DNA of 64,000 bases from Eledone cirrhosa (Eukaryota), in contig OZ024759.1 of the NCBI GenBank assembly GCA_964016885.1, forward strand, positions 30,690,001-30,754,000, written 5' to 3'. How positions within the stretch are numbered: the stretch's first letter is position 1; each line of letters begins with the position of its first letter. Positions 26,153 through 40,049 of this stretch are shown here, one piece after another. Below the pieces are notes generated by a model. That model worked only from the letters and a program-made list of their open reading frames with translations, was not told the origin of the DNA and ran no database searches. Position numbers and translations under genes: made by a program.

Positions 26153-26323
26153 TGGAAGACCACGAAAAACATGGGCAGAGGTGGTGAGAGCAGACCTCAG
26201 ATCGCTGAAGCTCACGGAGGAGATGACAAAGGACTGTGACGAATGGTGAGATGTCGTGCTTAATAGAACTCGTCCCACTCTTGCAAGCAGGGAAAAACGG
26301 ACGTAAAATGATGATGATGATGA
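26153..26323 (+). mobile_element. RTE-type LINE 3' end with (TGA)n tail
   Basis: GRPRKTWAEVVRADLRSLKLTEEMTKDCDEW followed by a (TGA)n tail. Related ends occur on the minus strand at 27062-27170, 27848-28110 and 21055-21225. Confidence 0.7.
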
Positions 26324-26435
26324 TATATATTGTTATATATGGGGAAGTTGAAGTTTTTATAATATAGCCAGAAATATATAAAATACACTCATTGTGTTAT
26401 ATATATAATATCTGTTTATTTTTCTAAATTTTTAG

Positions 26436-26555
26436 GAAATCAATCACCTTCAAGGAGCTACACAACTTCCTGCTATTTGGTTTCGGTATGATTTATCTCC
26501 CATTACTGTACGCTATCATGAAAAGAAGCCACCATTTTATAGATTCCTGACCACC
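26436..26555 (+). CDS. ERGIC1: ERGIC1 internal coding exon (EINHLQGATQLPAIWFRYDLSPITVRYHEKKPPFYRFLTT)
   Basis: tttttag acceptor, GTAAGT donor at 26556, 120 nt. PAIWFRYDLSPITV matches the ERGIC1 signature. Confidence 0.96.
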
Positions 26556-26691
26556 GTAAGTTACATTGCTCTTATTCCTTTTACAAATATTTTCTATACA
26601 TATAATCCATATGTATATATGTACTTTGTAGGATTTTATGTATTGGATGTTCCTATTGTTTTTCTCTGTGAATGAATAATAAGTATTTTAA

Positions 26692-26746
26692 TAAACTCTG
26701 AAGAATCCTGTTAATTGTTACATTGGCAGAAACGGCTCTCAGTTTA
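26692..26746 (+). ncRNA. Degenerate type I hammerhead-like motif in an ERGIC1 intron
   Basis: taaact-CTGAAGA-(imperfect stem II)-GAAA-cggctc-TC-agttta. 6-bp stem I; stem III mismatched. Confidence 0.45.
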
Positions 26747-27172
26747 TATTTTTGACAAATGCTGAGTTTTATTATACTGCTTTTAAAACTGCTTTTGCTT
26801 ACATTTTGTGGTTGCTTTTATTGTACTAACTATTGGCATGCTGTTGTGTGTTTTAATATGATATGAGACTAATATGTAATATGTAGTTATTTTTTGCATG
26901 TTTTTATGTTGATGCTTATGACAATATTTATATTTCTGAAGTTATGTAGAGAAGCAGACTAATGCCCAATGTATATTGAGGTATGAGCAGCTGTTATACA
27001 TGCGTAGAGCAAAATTATATAAATCTAAATTGATTATTCTCAATATATATATATATATATATCATCATCATCATCATTTTACGTCCGCTTTTCCCTGCTT
27101 GCAAGGGTGGTACGGGTCTTATTCAGCACAGCATCTCTCCACTCGTCACGGTCCCTCGTCATCTCCACATAT

Positions 27173-27252
<80 letters not shown>

Positions 27253-27342
27253 ATATTAAATAAATGGAAACTATATTTATAAAACCCTATTTATTTTATT
27301 ATCTGATTTTCATGGGTACGTCTCTATTTATGAAACAAACTG

Positions 27343-27407
27343 TATTTTATCTGATGAAAGCGTACCAATGTTGTCTTGGCTGCCCTTGAAATATATATAA
27401 TAAAATA
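27343..27407 (+). ncRNA. Minimal type I hammerhead ribozyme (family B) in element ~27248-27545
   Basis: tattttat-CTGATGA-aag..ccaa..ttgg..ctt-GAAA-tatata-TA-ataaaata. Confidence 0.68.
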
Positions 27408-27544
27408 AATATGGTTTTATAAATATAGTTTCAATTTATTTAATATCATTGAATATTTACTCCAGTAACTTGTTGAGTGCTCTAAATCAGTTATAAACAT
27501 TTATGTTTGTCGGACTTCGAACACATTAAATACAACTTCTACTA

Positions 27545-27589
<45 letters not shown>

Positions 27590-28189
27590 TAATGTAAATA
27601 TATATATATATATATATATATATACTAATGTAAAGTATCATAACATATATAATATGTATGGTGAATATGTTTATCAGTGAAAAAGTTTAATGGATAAAAG
27701 AAAGTATATAAGTCTGTAGCCATATATCTTTAGCGAAAACATACAGTATGTTGTACATATATATATAAAGACACTATAATATATAAGAAAGACTGTGATA
27801 TATGGTTATATACATATATTTTTTTTAAATTGAATTATATATATATATCATCATCATCATCATTTCATTTTACGTCCGCTTTTTCCCTGCTTGCAAGGGT
27901 GGGACGGGAACTGATGCTGGCTTGATTTCTACAGCTGGATGCCCTTCCTAACACCAACCTCATTTACAGTGAGCGCTGGGTGCTTTTTTGCCGTGGCACC
28001 TCCACGACCACTTTGCAGTGGAATGATAGGGACCCCAGTCCCTATCATCTCATTTCTACAGCTGAGTAAACTGGAGCAATGTGGAATAAAGAGTCTTGCT
28101 CAAGGAAAGAACACATCATATATGTATGTAAAAGGTAAATATATATATATATGTATAATTACAATTCGATATTCGTGCTAAACCTTCCC

Positions 28190-28655
28190 TATGGCCAGCA
28201 ATGTTCGGTACTCACCGAAAAAGTACAATCACGAATTCAAGCGACAGAAATGGGGTCCCTATGAAGGGTCATATGATAAATATTACTCGGTAGAGTGCGT
28301 AGCTCAGAGATCAGAGAGTTACTCCAGGTCGAGCCGCTATTTCGCCGAATTGAGAGACCACAGATCCGAAATTATAGGCATGGGGTTAGAATGTTGCAGG
28401 AAAGAACCACTGCACAGATTTTTACGGACAAAACCAACCGGCAGGAGAGCCAGAGTTGAACCCCTGAGTAAGCTGGTTGGATAACATCCATGAGCTTGGC
28501 TGGTGTTACTCTGGGATCCAGCCGGACCAGATGGAAACGGTTGCTTCTGACAGGACCCACTAGAAGGAGTCTTTCACGAGTCTGCCCCCACGACTCTCCG
28601 AGGATTAAGTGAGTGAAGAAGAAGAAGAAGAAGAAGAAGAAGAAGAAGAAGAAGA
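28190..28655 (+). mobile_element. RTE-clade LINE 3' fragment with (GAA)n tail
   Basis: RIQATEM..L.RV.....GRVRSSEIRELLQVEPL..RIER.Q.R...HGVRM..ER.....KPTGRR is a typical RTE C-terminus. (GAA)n at 28616-28655. Confidence 0.75.
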
Positions 28656-29088
28656 GGTCAGCTTCTTGGTGGCCTAATGTCTCTATACGAATGTCCGAAT
28701 ATTTATGTTGTGATCAATAGGGGCCTAGTCGAAACCATTGAAAATGTTGGGTGCCGACAAGGGTGCATACTGTCCCTTTCCTGTACATTATGTTCTTGCA
28801 CAGGATTGACAGGTTTGATGCCAAGGGCTGCATGACTGGAATGAAGATCAGTGCTGCAAACACTGAGACACACGTCCTCACAACTAAGTCTATGTAGTGC
28901 ACTCTACATGTGAATTTATTTCAACTGAAGCAGGTAGAGACGTTGAATTATATTGAACACGCCTTATTCAAGCGTGATGGAAAACAGGGTGGTGAATTAA
29001 GTGCAAGAATTTACCTGTCTTGGGTTTAATTAATGAGGAATTTTGAGCTGTGAACAATTTGTCAGCATTTTCTATTCCGTTTACCAAA

Positions 29089-29177
<89 letters not shown>

Positions 29178-29179
29178 AG

Positions 29180-29400
29180 AAGGCGTGTGGCTGAGTGGTT
29201 AGAGAATTGGATTCGCAATCGTAAGGTTGTGAGTTCGATTCCTGGACCAGGTGATGCGTTATGTCCTTGAGCAAGACACTTTATTTCACGTTGCTCCTTC
29301 TACCTGGAGTTGCGACCGATAGATAGTATTAGCAATTGGAAAGACCAACGGAAACATTGTTCCCTCGGTCCGATTTGACGAAAGTCGATCGTTCCTTTAT
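29180..29400 (+). mobile_element. Second tRNA-derived SINE family
   Basis: A-box tggctgagtgg and B-box gagttcgattcc followed by tgtccttgagcaagacactttatttcac. Related copies lie at ~12245-12430, 30372-30685, 39775-39940 and 58250-58480 (-). Confidence 0.75.
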
Positions 29401-30219
29401 ATATATAAGAGAGTATTGAAGTTTGCTTGAAGCATTGTGGAATAATCAGGTATATTTCTTTAGGTCGTTGTTGAAGCCTCAACAATGCAGATGGGTAAAT
29501 CTCCGGGTAACAAGATCCGGTGGTGGAGAGAGAGATGTAAGTGAATGTAGGTTGAGATGTGTAGCGTGTAGAAGAGTGTAGGAAAGAGCGTAAAGGATAA
29601 CAATAATAATTGTTTCTACGTTAGGCACAAGGCCAGCAAATACCCAGTGCATTACTGGTACTTTATTCTATCGACCCCGTAAGGATGAAAGGCAAATTTA
29701 ACACGAGATAGAGTTACATTGGGAGAGATTTAATTGTCCCTATATATTTCGGATTCACATCGATCAGCTGGGGGGTTTTATATATACACATACACGCGTA
29801 GTGATGTGATTATAAATGTTTTCAATTTCAATATCCTCAAAATCTGTTCACAACAGCTATAATTGCAACATATTTCCTGTGTACATATTACAACATATAC
29901 AGCCTATATACAACACTGTACAACTGAACAACTCCAAACTCACTCACTGATTATGTGATATGTAACTTTAAATTACAACTACTCTGTTTCGAAATGTATA
30001 GCCTTAGAGATTTTCAATTATATCACTATACATTATAGCAGTGACTCTGAACGTGCTCCGTTATGTCTGCAAGCGGTTCTGAGAACATATTTTTAATTGG
30101 GTTGTAAGTGGCCAAAGGAGAATTGTTGGGCTTTGAAATTCTACATTTTTTTCAACTATCATAAAATTATAGAAACACAAATTGGATTGGGTTATTTTTA
30201 AAAGCAAATACCTCAGAAA

Positions 30220-31280
30220 GGTTTTCTAAATAGTTAAGAATGCTTTGAAAATAATTAAGAATGCTTTTGTAAATAAAGCCAACAGCTTTTGTAAATAATG
30301 CAAAATGTTTTGAAAATAATTAAGAATGATTTGCAAGTAATTAAGAATGCTATAGTACTTAATTGTGAAGCTTTGTGGTTAGGATATTCGGTTCACGATC
30401 GTAAGGTCATGAGTTCAATTCCCGGCGGTGCGTTGTGTCCTTGAGCAAGATACTTTATTTCACATTGCTCAAGTCCACTCAGCTGGCAAAGATGAGTTGT
30501 GCTTTTAATTCGAAGGGCCAGCCTTGTCAAGTTCTGTCTCGTGCTGATTCCCTCTGAGACCTTCGATAAGGGTACGCTTTCCTGTGGTATGTTCAGCCAC
30601 TTGCACGCTAATCTCACGAGCAGACTGTCCCATTGATTGTATCAACTGGAACACTCGTGGTCGTAACCGATCGAGTCCCAGTTAGTAAATAATTAAGAGC
30701 GGTTTGTGTGTAATTGAGAATGCTTTAGTACATAAATCAAAATGCTTTTCTAACTATTTAAGCATGCTTTTGTAAATAATTGAGAATGCTTCGTAAATAA
30801 TGCAGAATACTTTGTAAATAATTTAGAATGCTTTGTAAATATTTTAGAATGCTTTGTAAATAATTTAGAATGCTTTGTAAATAATGCAGAACGTTTTGTA
30901 AATAATTGTTTCTACTTTTGGCACAAAGCCAGCAATTATCCCAGTGCATTACTGGTACTTTATTTTATCGACCCCGTATGATGAAAGGCAAAGTTAACCT
31001 CGACGGGATTTGAACTCAGACCGTAAAGAGACGTAACTATGCTGGAAAGCATGCCGTCCGACCCTCTACTGATACTGCCAATTCACCGCCTTTTGTAAAT
31101 AATGCAAAATGCTTTTCTAACTCATTTAGAATGCTTTGTAAATAATGCAAAATGCTTTTGTAACTCATTTAGAATGCTTTGTAAATAATGCAGAATGCTT
31201 TTCTAACTCATTTAGAATGCTTTGTAAATAATGCAGAATGCTTTTGTAAATATTTCAGAATGCTTTTGTAAATAAAATGT
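30220..31280. repeat. 21-22-bp AT-rich minisatellite interrupted by two SINEs
   Basis: Unit tgtaaataat(tt/gc)agaatgctt(t). Confidence 0.8.
30906..31090 (-). mobile_element. CORE-type SINE inserted in an AT-rich minisatellite
   Basis: Family match. Flanked by ttttgtaaataat on both sides. Confidence 0.8.
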
Positions 31281-31494
31281 ATTCCTTGTTACATAGAATT
31301 ACAATTTGTGCTTATGTAGGACTAAAAGTTTTTTGACACCAAAAATTTGGCTACAAAGAAGAAAAGATTGTGAAACATAATATAATAGAGTTGAAAGAAC
31401 CCCTACATCTATGTTTCGTTTTGATCTTTTTCTTGTTGTATTTGATCATCTGATACTTCCGTATGATCTTAGTCGATTTCTTTCACATTCCTAG

Positions 31495-31602
31495 ATCTGT
31501 GCCATCGTTGGAGGAACATTCACTGTGGCAGGAATCATCGATTCTTTCGTTTTCACCACTTCTGAGATATTGAAGAAGTTTGAACTTGGAAAATTGAATT
31601 GA
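31495..31602 (+). CDS. ERGIC1: ERGIC1 terminal coding exon ([35 protein letters not shown]), second TM helix and cytosolic tail
   Basis: ttcctag acceptor, TGA stop at 31600-31602. Contains [14 protein letters not shown] and the C-terminal GKxx typical of ERGIC1. Confidence 0.96.
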   Translation: MCAIVGGTFTVAGIIDSFVFTTSEILKKFELGKLN

Positions 31603-31682
31603 CTTAAAAGCAAATAATACACACGCACGCACACACATGCACACGCACATGCTCCCACACAATCGTCTCTCTCTTTCTTGCT

Positions 31683-31732
<50 letters not shown>

Positions 31733-31792
31733 ACATATATATATATGTGTGTGTATATAGATATATATATATATACTATATATATATGTATA

Positions 31793-31854
<62 letters not shown>

Positions 31855-31855
<1 letters not shown>

Positions 31856-32295
31856 CCAAATGTTAAACAAGGTTCATTGATTATTCAATGAATATAGTTT
31901 AACAATAGATTAAAAGCACTCATCAAAGAACTTTTCTGGAGTTATTAATATTATTTAAAATATTAATAAATGGATACATTCACATAATCAAAGTATATGT
32001 TTTATTATATATATTTCGGAGGTACTGTGTTGTTTTTTCAGTACGTCCTCATCAGATAAAATACATAAATTGATGTATGACATACCTCAATTGTGCTGAT
32101 GGTTCAATTTCAGTCTTGGCAGTGACTGGAATTGACTTGCCAAGACTGGAATTAAACCATCAGCACAGTTGAGGTATGTCATACATCAATTTATGTATTT
32201 TATCTGATGAGGGCGTACTGAAAAAACAACACAGTACCTCCGAAGTATATATAATAAAACATATACTTTGATTATGTGAATTTATTAATATTTTA

Positions 32296-32302
<7 letters not shown>
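31855..32302. mobile_element. Fold-back hammerhead mini-element, family C, just 3' of the ERGIC1 stop
   Basis: ~160-bp inverted arms (31950-32110 and 32150-32302), a tail at 31855-31945, and (TA)n flanks. A second copy lies at 61019-61382. Confidence 0.75.
31998..32063 (-). ncRNA. Minimal type I hammerhead ribozyme (family C)
   Basis: Minus strand: ttttat-CTGATGA-ggacgtactg/../cagtacctcc-GAAA-tatata-TA-ataaaa. The + strand mirror (32196-32261) has GAAG instead of GAAA. Confidence 0.72.
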
Positions 32303-32330
<28 letters not shown>

Positions 32331-32335
<5 letters not shown>

Positions 32336-32582
32336 AATATGATTTCGCTTCAAGCATACCTTTATACAATATGTATAAATATTTCGTATCTCCAAAGAAA
32401 TACGGATTTAGGAAGCCGTAGCTATACAAAAACCGGTGGGCTAATGCCCTCTGGTGATGTCCAGCAGAATACGGTTGGCCCCCTTGCTTCTTCTGGACAT
32501 CACCAGAGGACTTTACCTCCCCCCCCCCCGGTGTTTGCATAGCTATGACTTCCTAAAACCGTATTTCTTTGGAGATACAAAA

Positions 32583-32590
<8 letters not shown>
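32331..32590. repeat. Fold-back element in (TA)n (no hammerhead recognised)
   Basis: Imperfect ~95-bp inverted arms (32373-32468 and 32488-32590). Confidence 0.6.
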
Positions 32591-32621
<31 letters not shown>

Positions 32622-32790
32622 CATTGATTACACAATATACTATAACAACGTTGAATAGAAGACACCACCATATTTGTTTTGGCTTTCTGCTGGCGGAGTT
32701 TCAATTCTCGCCGGGGTAACACTTACCTTTCGTCCTTAAGAGGTCGGTAAATAAAATACCAGGTACTTCTTTCTCTTTCGTTCGTTTCTT

Positions 32791-32868
<78 letters not shown>

Positions 32869-33071
32869 CCTTCCACCGCTCCCGTTCCCTTTCTCTCGCT
32901 CCTTCTCTTGAAGAAGTTGGCTGTGTCCAAATATCTGGAAAAGAGATGAGTTCCGCCAAGGATAAAATACCGCCGACAAGGTCACATCTGACCACGGCAT
33001 CATTACGTCTCTCTCAGGTGCCAGAGTTTCAAACATATATATATATATATGTGTGTGTATATATGTGGGTG

Positions 33072-33102
<31 letters not shown>

Positions 33103-33115
33103 TTTTAACATAGAT

Positions 33116-33168
33116 GAGATTCTACAGGACTAGGACTGTTTCATTCTTTAGAAATCATCAGGAATCTC
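33116..33168 (-). ncRNA. Type I hammerhead ribozyme (family D) in fold-back element 33101-33285
   Basis: Minus strand: gagattc-CTGATGA-tttc/taaa/gaat-GAAA-cag/tcctagtc/ctg-TA-gaatctc. 7-bp stem I, GUA cleavage triplet. Confidence 0.82.
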
Positions 33169-33284
33169 TAAAGAATGAAACAGCCCTAGTCCTGTAGAAT
33201 CTCATCTATATTAAAACTGTTATACTCTGCAATGTATTGAGTACCTTACTTACTGTGGTTACCTCCTATTCCACCCGGAATAAC

Positions 33285-33335
<51 letters not shown>

Positions 33336-34280
33336 TACACTTACAAATATATATATAAATATACACTTACATATATATATATAAACGTATATATATATAT
33401 GTATTTATATAACATTAGAATACATAACACACACATTAACCCATGAATTGAACTCACATGTACCGGAATCAACTGCAGCACTTAAGAATTAATCATTCTT
33501 TATATTCCCTGTTATTCTCCCGAAGGGATTTATAATAGAAAATAGGCGGCTAGAAGATTAGCTATTTGACGCATAGGTTGATTAATATTTGTAGTGTATC
33601 ATAAGAAAAAATATTGTGTGTATTAAAGATTGTATTAGAATATAGAAAAAATAAATATATGAGAAGTAATTGACTAAATATTATCATTATTGAGGGAATA
33701 AGCGAGATTTTACGATAAGAAGGAAGACAAATACTTATAGAACATTAAACGTCATCACGTGTGCAATGCGTACACATTCTATCTTATTGTTTAAAAAAGA
33801 AAATACCCCCCCCCCCCAAGCATAGGCATGTCATGTAAAGCTGAGTGGCTTTGTGGTAAAGCTATTACACTTACGATCATAATGTCGCGAATTGGATACC
33901 TGGAATTAGGTTTTTTTCTTGTATTTCTTGAGCAAAACACTTAAATTCACCTTGCTGAAGTTTACTGAAAATGAGTATAAGTAGTAGTTTGGTGTTTAAA
34001 CCTGCAATGGACTGGTATCCTGCCCAGTGAGATGGACTTAAGGTAGAGAAAACCAGGATAAGCACTGGTCTGTGTTGCTTCCGAGCATAGGAAAACATTT
34101 AGACATCTTTTAGGTGTTATGTATATAAACTTTAAACTTCGTAGATTAATATATATTATTGATTAAATTATGTTATATTTAGGAAAAATAACAGAATATA
34201 AATAACAAGAATTTCAGCTAGTATTAACAAAAATAGAAAAAGGATGACTAAATTGATCGCTATGTTTGGACACGAATAGC

Positions 34281-34393
<113 letters not shown>

Positions 34394-34508
34394 ATCCGTA
34401 TATTATCCATATATTATCCGTAACCATATTTATCCCCTTACAGAAACTAATTAGTTGGAGTGAAATTTTAGTAAGTAAGTCAAGTTTCATAACTTTCTTA
34501 TTTACGTC

Positions 34509-34574
<66 letters not shown>

Positions 34575-34710
34575 GAAAAGAGAGAGAACCCCGACGGCTG
34601 ACCTCCGGCCGTTTCGACAGCTAGATCCTAACGGATTACCCACTCAACTACCTTAAGTATCAACTACTCTGGTGCGTTATGGTCCACCTGGTTTCTTACC
34701 ACACTTTCTT

Positions 34711-34765
<55 letters not shown>

Positions 34766-34915
34766 ATCAAAAGATGGTTAAATGAGTTCCATGTATTTTA
34801 TCATTTAACCATCTTTTGATCTTATATATTATGTATACTCCAGTCCTACAAACTGTAGAGTGCTTCTTATCCGATATCTGCATTGCTTTATTGTACTGCA
34901 ATAAAACTCACCTCC

Positions 34916-34992
<77 letters not shown>

Positions 34993-34996
34993 GTGT

Positions 34997-35029
<33 letters not shown>

Positions 35030-35373
35030 TCTATAAATTTAATATAGAAAAGGTTTCTACAGGAACTGTTTCTAGAACCGTTTCTTTTGAAGGAAATCAC
35101 TAGGAAAGCCAACTGTTATTGTAATACGGCCAATTGAACCCGAGGTTCACTAAGTACTGCTCATATGGTACCACAAAGTAGAATTGAAACCAATACTATA
35201 TGGTTCGAAAGCGACACATCTGAGCCACGTTGTATTTCATCTCAACAAATAGTTATTCTTGCTAAGTACCGTTTCTTTTATAATGTTTGACTTTTATTTT
35301 ACATTCCTGACATTCTGCTCAGCTCCTGGATTAAAATTTTACACTTTAGAAAATCTACTAGAATATATATAAA

Positions 35374-35441
<68 letters not shown>

Positions 35442-36273
35442 CTAAAATAACATGAACTAAAATCAATTCACGTTGCTAATGAAAGTTGTCAACTGTCAAC
35501 TATTTCAAATAACTTGATTTCTGTTAATCTGATTTTTAGCTGAAACTAAAGTTTCGATGGCCGGTTGGTTAAATGATCGTGACAGAAAATAGGAGAAAAT
35601 ACGGACTCTACAGTGATGATGGGCATGTGGATTTGAGGACATGACAGGCAACACTACAACCTGCTACACTAGAGGATTAAGGAGAAGAAAGTAGGAGGGG
35701 GAGGAGGGGGAGAAGATGAAGAAGAAGAAGAAGAAGAAGAAGAAGAAGAAGAAGAAGAACAACAAGAAGAAGAACAAGAACAAGAAGAAGAAGAAAAAAG
35801 ATGATGATGATGATGATGAAGAAGCCGATGTCGATGACAATGATGATGTAATAATAAAATATATAATATAATATATAATATAATATATAATATAAATATA
35901 AGATAAACATCCACTGAACAAAATTTCCACCTTGGAGAAAATATTGATTAGGCCTGTCAGTTCGTCTCCTGTGATCGATAGAGTTTCTGTGATAGCTTCG
36001 TTATCGAACACTGCATATATTGATTCGATGGATTTTAGTTAGGATGGTATAACATAAAATAAATTCTATTGGTTCACTAAAACAAACAAACAGGTGAGAC
36101 GCAGATTAAGGACGGATTGATATATTTTCTTGAAATTATTCGATAGTCGCTATTTGTGAATGACAGGTTGTTGTTTCTTTAATGCTAGACATAATAAAGG
36201 TCTTTGTCTCCAGTCGGGAACAAAACAAAAGTAAAAGAAGAGATGGGGAATATTGATATATATATATATGTAA

Positions 36274-36344
<71 letters not shown>

Positions 36345-36364
36345 TTTATGTAAATATGTGTATG

Positions 36365-36432
<68 letters not shown>

Positions 36433-36593
36433 CATGCATAACCTGTCTCATGGTCGGGTCGTTGGCGACTAAACTGGCAACCCCACCAAGGTTTTTGGGT
36501 GAGGAGGGTGACTTTGGACATCCTGCGGGACAAAAAACAAAACCTGTCAAAGGGCAAAGGAGCTCTTAAGAGTCAAGGCCATCCAAAATCACC

Positions 36594-37002
36594 GGGAGAG
36601 ATGACCCCTTAGCCTTTGTCAAGGCAGAATTCTAGGAGAAGGAAAACTCTGATATAACACCTGCAACTCTGATGGTATCCAATGATGTTGACATGTTCTT
36701 CTTTTTGGTAAATATCATCTTGGTTAAGAGAGTGGGACTGGCTTTGTGCAGTGCCTTTGCTCACTATAAAAGCTTCACGGAACATGCATTGCCTTATATC
36801 TGGAGATCTCTCTGCACTTGTCGTCACATGGTACCATGGGCCCAGCACTATGTGTCAATAATTGTCACAAGTGTAGTGTTTGTACCAGAGTTTTCAAGTC
36901 GCTGGCTGGACTAAAATGTCACACTCGATCAGCGCATCGGCAGGAGTTCTCCTACATGGATATAAAGTAGTGGCCGTACTCGAAAACGAGCTGGCAGCCA
37001 CC
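36594..37002 (+). repeat. Dispersed ~400-bp repeat, second copy at 42439-42794
   Basis: Colinear, highly similar copies that differ by two short indels. Begins with ctaggagaaggaaaactctgat, which resembles RTE 5' UTRs. Confidence 0.75.
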
Positions 37003-37069
37003 ATATATATATATATATATATATGTAAGTATGTAAGTATATATGTAAGTATGTATGTAAGCATATATC

Positions 37070-37153
<84 letters not shown>

Positions 37154-37315
37154 TATACATATATACATATATACATATACATATACATATATTATATATA
37201 TATATGTAAATATATATCTGATTAGCATATATATATATATATATACACAAACATACATATAACACAAGTTTTGTCTTTGGTCACAAAGGAAGACTATGTA
37301 CTTGATATTTTACTA

Positions 37316-37365
<50 letters not shown>

Positions 37366-37484
37366 TATATTATATTATATTATAACTTTGCCTTTCATCC
37401 TTTCGGGGTCGATAAAATCAAGTACCAGTAATGTACTGGGTAATTGTTGGCCTTGTGCCTAAAGTAGAAACAATTATATTAAAT

Positions 37485-37523
<39 letters not shown>

Positions 37524-37762
37524 TATATATACATATATATTATATATATATCTATGTAAAGATGTGAGTCTCTGGTTCATTTGGGGGACTCAATAAATTA
37601 GTAGAGTGTAAACATCAAATTTAATATAGAAATGGCTTCTACATCACGAGAACTGTTTCATTTAAAAGAAATCATCATACATATATATACTGTATGTGTA
37701 TATGTATATATATATATTCAATTATATTAAATAAATGGAAACTATATTTATAAAACCATATT

Positions 37763-37823
37763 TATTCTATTATATATATTTCAAGGGTACCAAAACGTTG
37801 GTACGCACTCATCAGATAAAATA
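37763..37823 (-). ncRNA. Minimal type I hammerhead ribozyme (family B) in fold-back element ~37720-38085
   Basis: Minus strand: tattttat-CTGATGA-gtgcgtaccaa/cgtt/ttggtaccctt-GAAA-tatata-TA-atagaata. Confidence 0.68.
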
Positions 37824-38081
37824 CAAAGTTTGTTTTATAAATATTGACATAACCAGGAAGAAGAACTTAACAGTTCAAGTTTTTCCTGGATAGTATCCAA
37901 GGATACCAAAGTTGTGGTACCCTTGAAATATATATAATAGAATAAATATGGTTTTATAAATACAATTTGCATTTATTTAATATCATTGCATATTATACTC
38001 CAGAAAACTTGTCGAGTGCTTTGAATCAGTTATAAACATTTATATTTGTTGAATTACCAACAAATTGAATACCCCTTTTGC

Positions 38082-38159
<78 letters not shown>

Positions 38160-38599
38160 ACAAATCATCATATATATATATATATGTATATATAGTAATA
38201 ATAATAAATTTGAAGACTAAAATCCAAGGATACCCTTAAGGGGATCTTCTGAAACTAACAAAGTCAATCTGTGACAGGTTGACTTTGTTAGTTTCAGAAG
38301 ATCCCGTTAAGGGTGAAAGCAGCGATTCTTTGCTTAAACTTTAATTTTATTTTAATAAATATATATATATATATGTAAGTGTGCAGTTCAATCAAGAACG
38401 GGGGAGTAAAGATTAGTTTGTGAGAATTATAAGCCAATAGTGAAGAGGACAGTGTGCTCAATGTGTATGTAATGCAAGACAAACGTGCAGCGAAATATTT
38501 TTTCAAGAATCTTGTTGTTTTTCTCGTACTGTAATTTATACATATATATTTTTATATATATATATATATTAATATAATTTATATATATATATTAATATA

Positions 38600-38648
<49 letters not shown>

Positions 38649-38724
38649 CAACATGACCCTCCCAAAGCATAACAATATCGGTTTCAACACACACATATAT
38701 ATATATGAGATATGATTGCAACAT

Positions 38725-38777
<53 letters not shown>

Positions 38778-39405
38778 TATATATATACATACATACATAT
38801 ACACAATACACTTATATATATACATACATATACACAATACACATAATTGAATAGGAACAAAGCAGACTTAAAGGCGATAACAAATAAAGTCAGACACTGT
38901 AACCTTGTGTCATGTCACAAAATCTGGTCATTTGTATACCACACAATACGTAACCCACCCATTCTCAGAACTCTGACATCTTTTAATTAAAAAGAATATG
39001 ATTTAATTTGCTGTTATGAAAGGCGGAAGATTGGAATTAATAGCGTGGAAAACAGACATGATTGCAGAGATATCTCTTGTGTTGGTTCTCCATTTTTTCT
39101 TAAAACAAACAACAAAAACACCAGTAACAACATTTTGCTTGTGTCCTTCGTTCTCGAATCTCCTCCCTACTCATCACTATTGGTATGAAGTTGGCTAGTC
39201 GTTGGTGTGAACCCGCGAGCTGGAATGGCGAGAGAAAGAGAGAGAGAGGCGGACGGAGTTAAAACAAAGAAAAAAACAGTAACGAGATACTTCTGGTGTC
39301 TTTGGTTCTAGAATCTCCTCCCTACTCACCGGCATCGGCATGGAGTTGGCTACCCGTAGGTGTGAGCCTGGTGAGCTGGAATGGTGATATATATAGAGAG
39401 AGTGT

Positions 39406-39453
<48 letters not shown>

Positions 39454-40049
39454 AAAAATACCCCCCCCCCCCCAAAAAAAAAAAATGCCAAAACAATATG
39501 CTTCTGGTTTCCTTGGCCCTAGGGCCATCTACCTACTCACCACCATCGGCACGGAGTTGACTACACGCAGGTGTAAAGCTTCCGAGAGCTGGAATGGCTC
39601 TTCCACGCATCTCTCTCGCTATACTCCTGGGAAGCGCCTTCTATATTCTGCCCACCGGGGCCAATGGGCAGCGTGTACGTAGGCTTCCATTTGCACATGA
39701 TAGTTAGAGATGGTGCGAGCGAGAGAGTCGGAGACAGTGAGAATTGGAATTGGATTCATATATATGTATATGTGAAGGCGCAATGCTAAGTGGTTAGAAA
39801 ATTGGATTTGATATGGTGAGGTTGTGTGTTCCATTCCCGAACCGGGCGATGCGTTAAGTCGTTGGGCAAGACACTTTATTTCACGTTGCTCCTTCTGCCT
39901 GGATTAGCGACTGGTCGATAGTATTAGAAATTGGAAAGACCTAGATATGATTTGACGTGCTTCACCCCACTCGTTAAGCGAATTAGGCCTGGGATCTTAT
40001 GCGTCGACTGATATATATATATATATATTTTTTACTTATTTATATATTT

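Noticed and set aside
29180-29250. tRNA genes at A/B-box-containing heads
   Set aside because: No full cloverleaf; each continues into a SINE body found in multiple copies.
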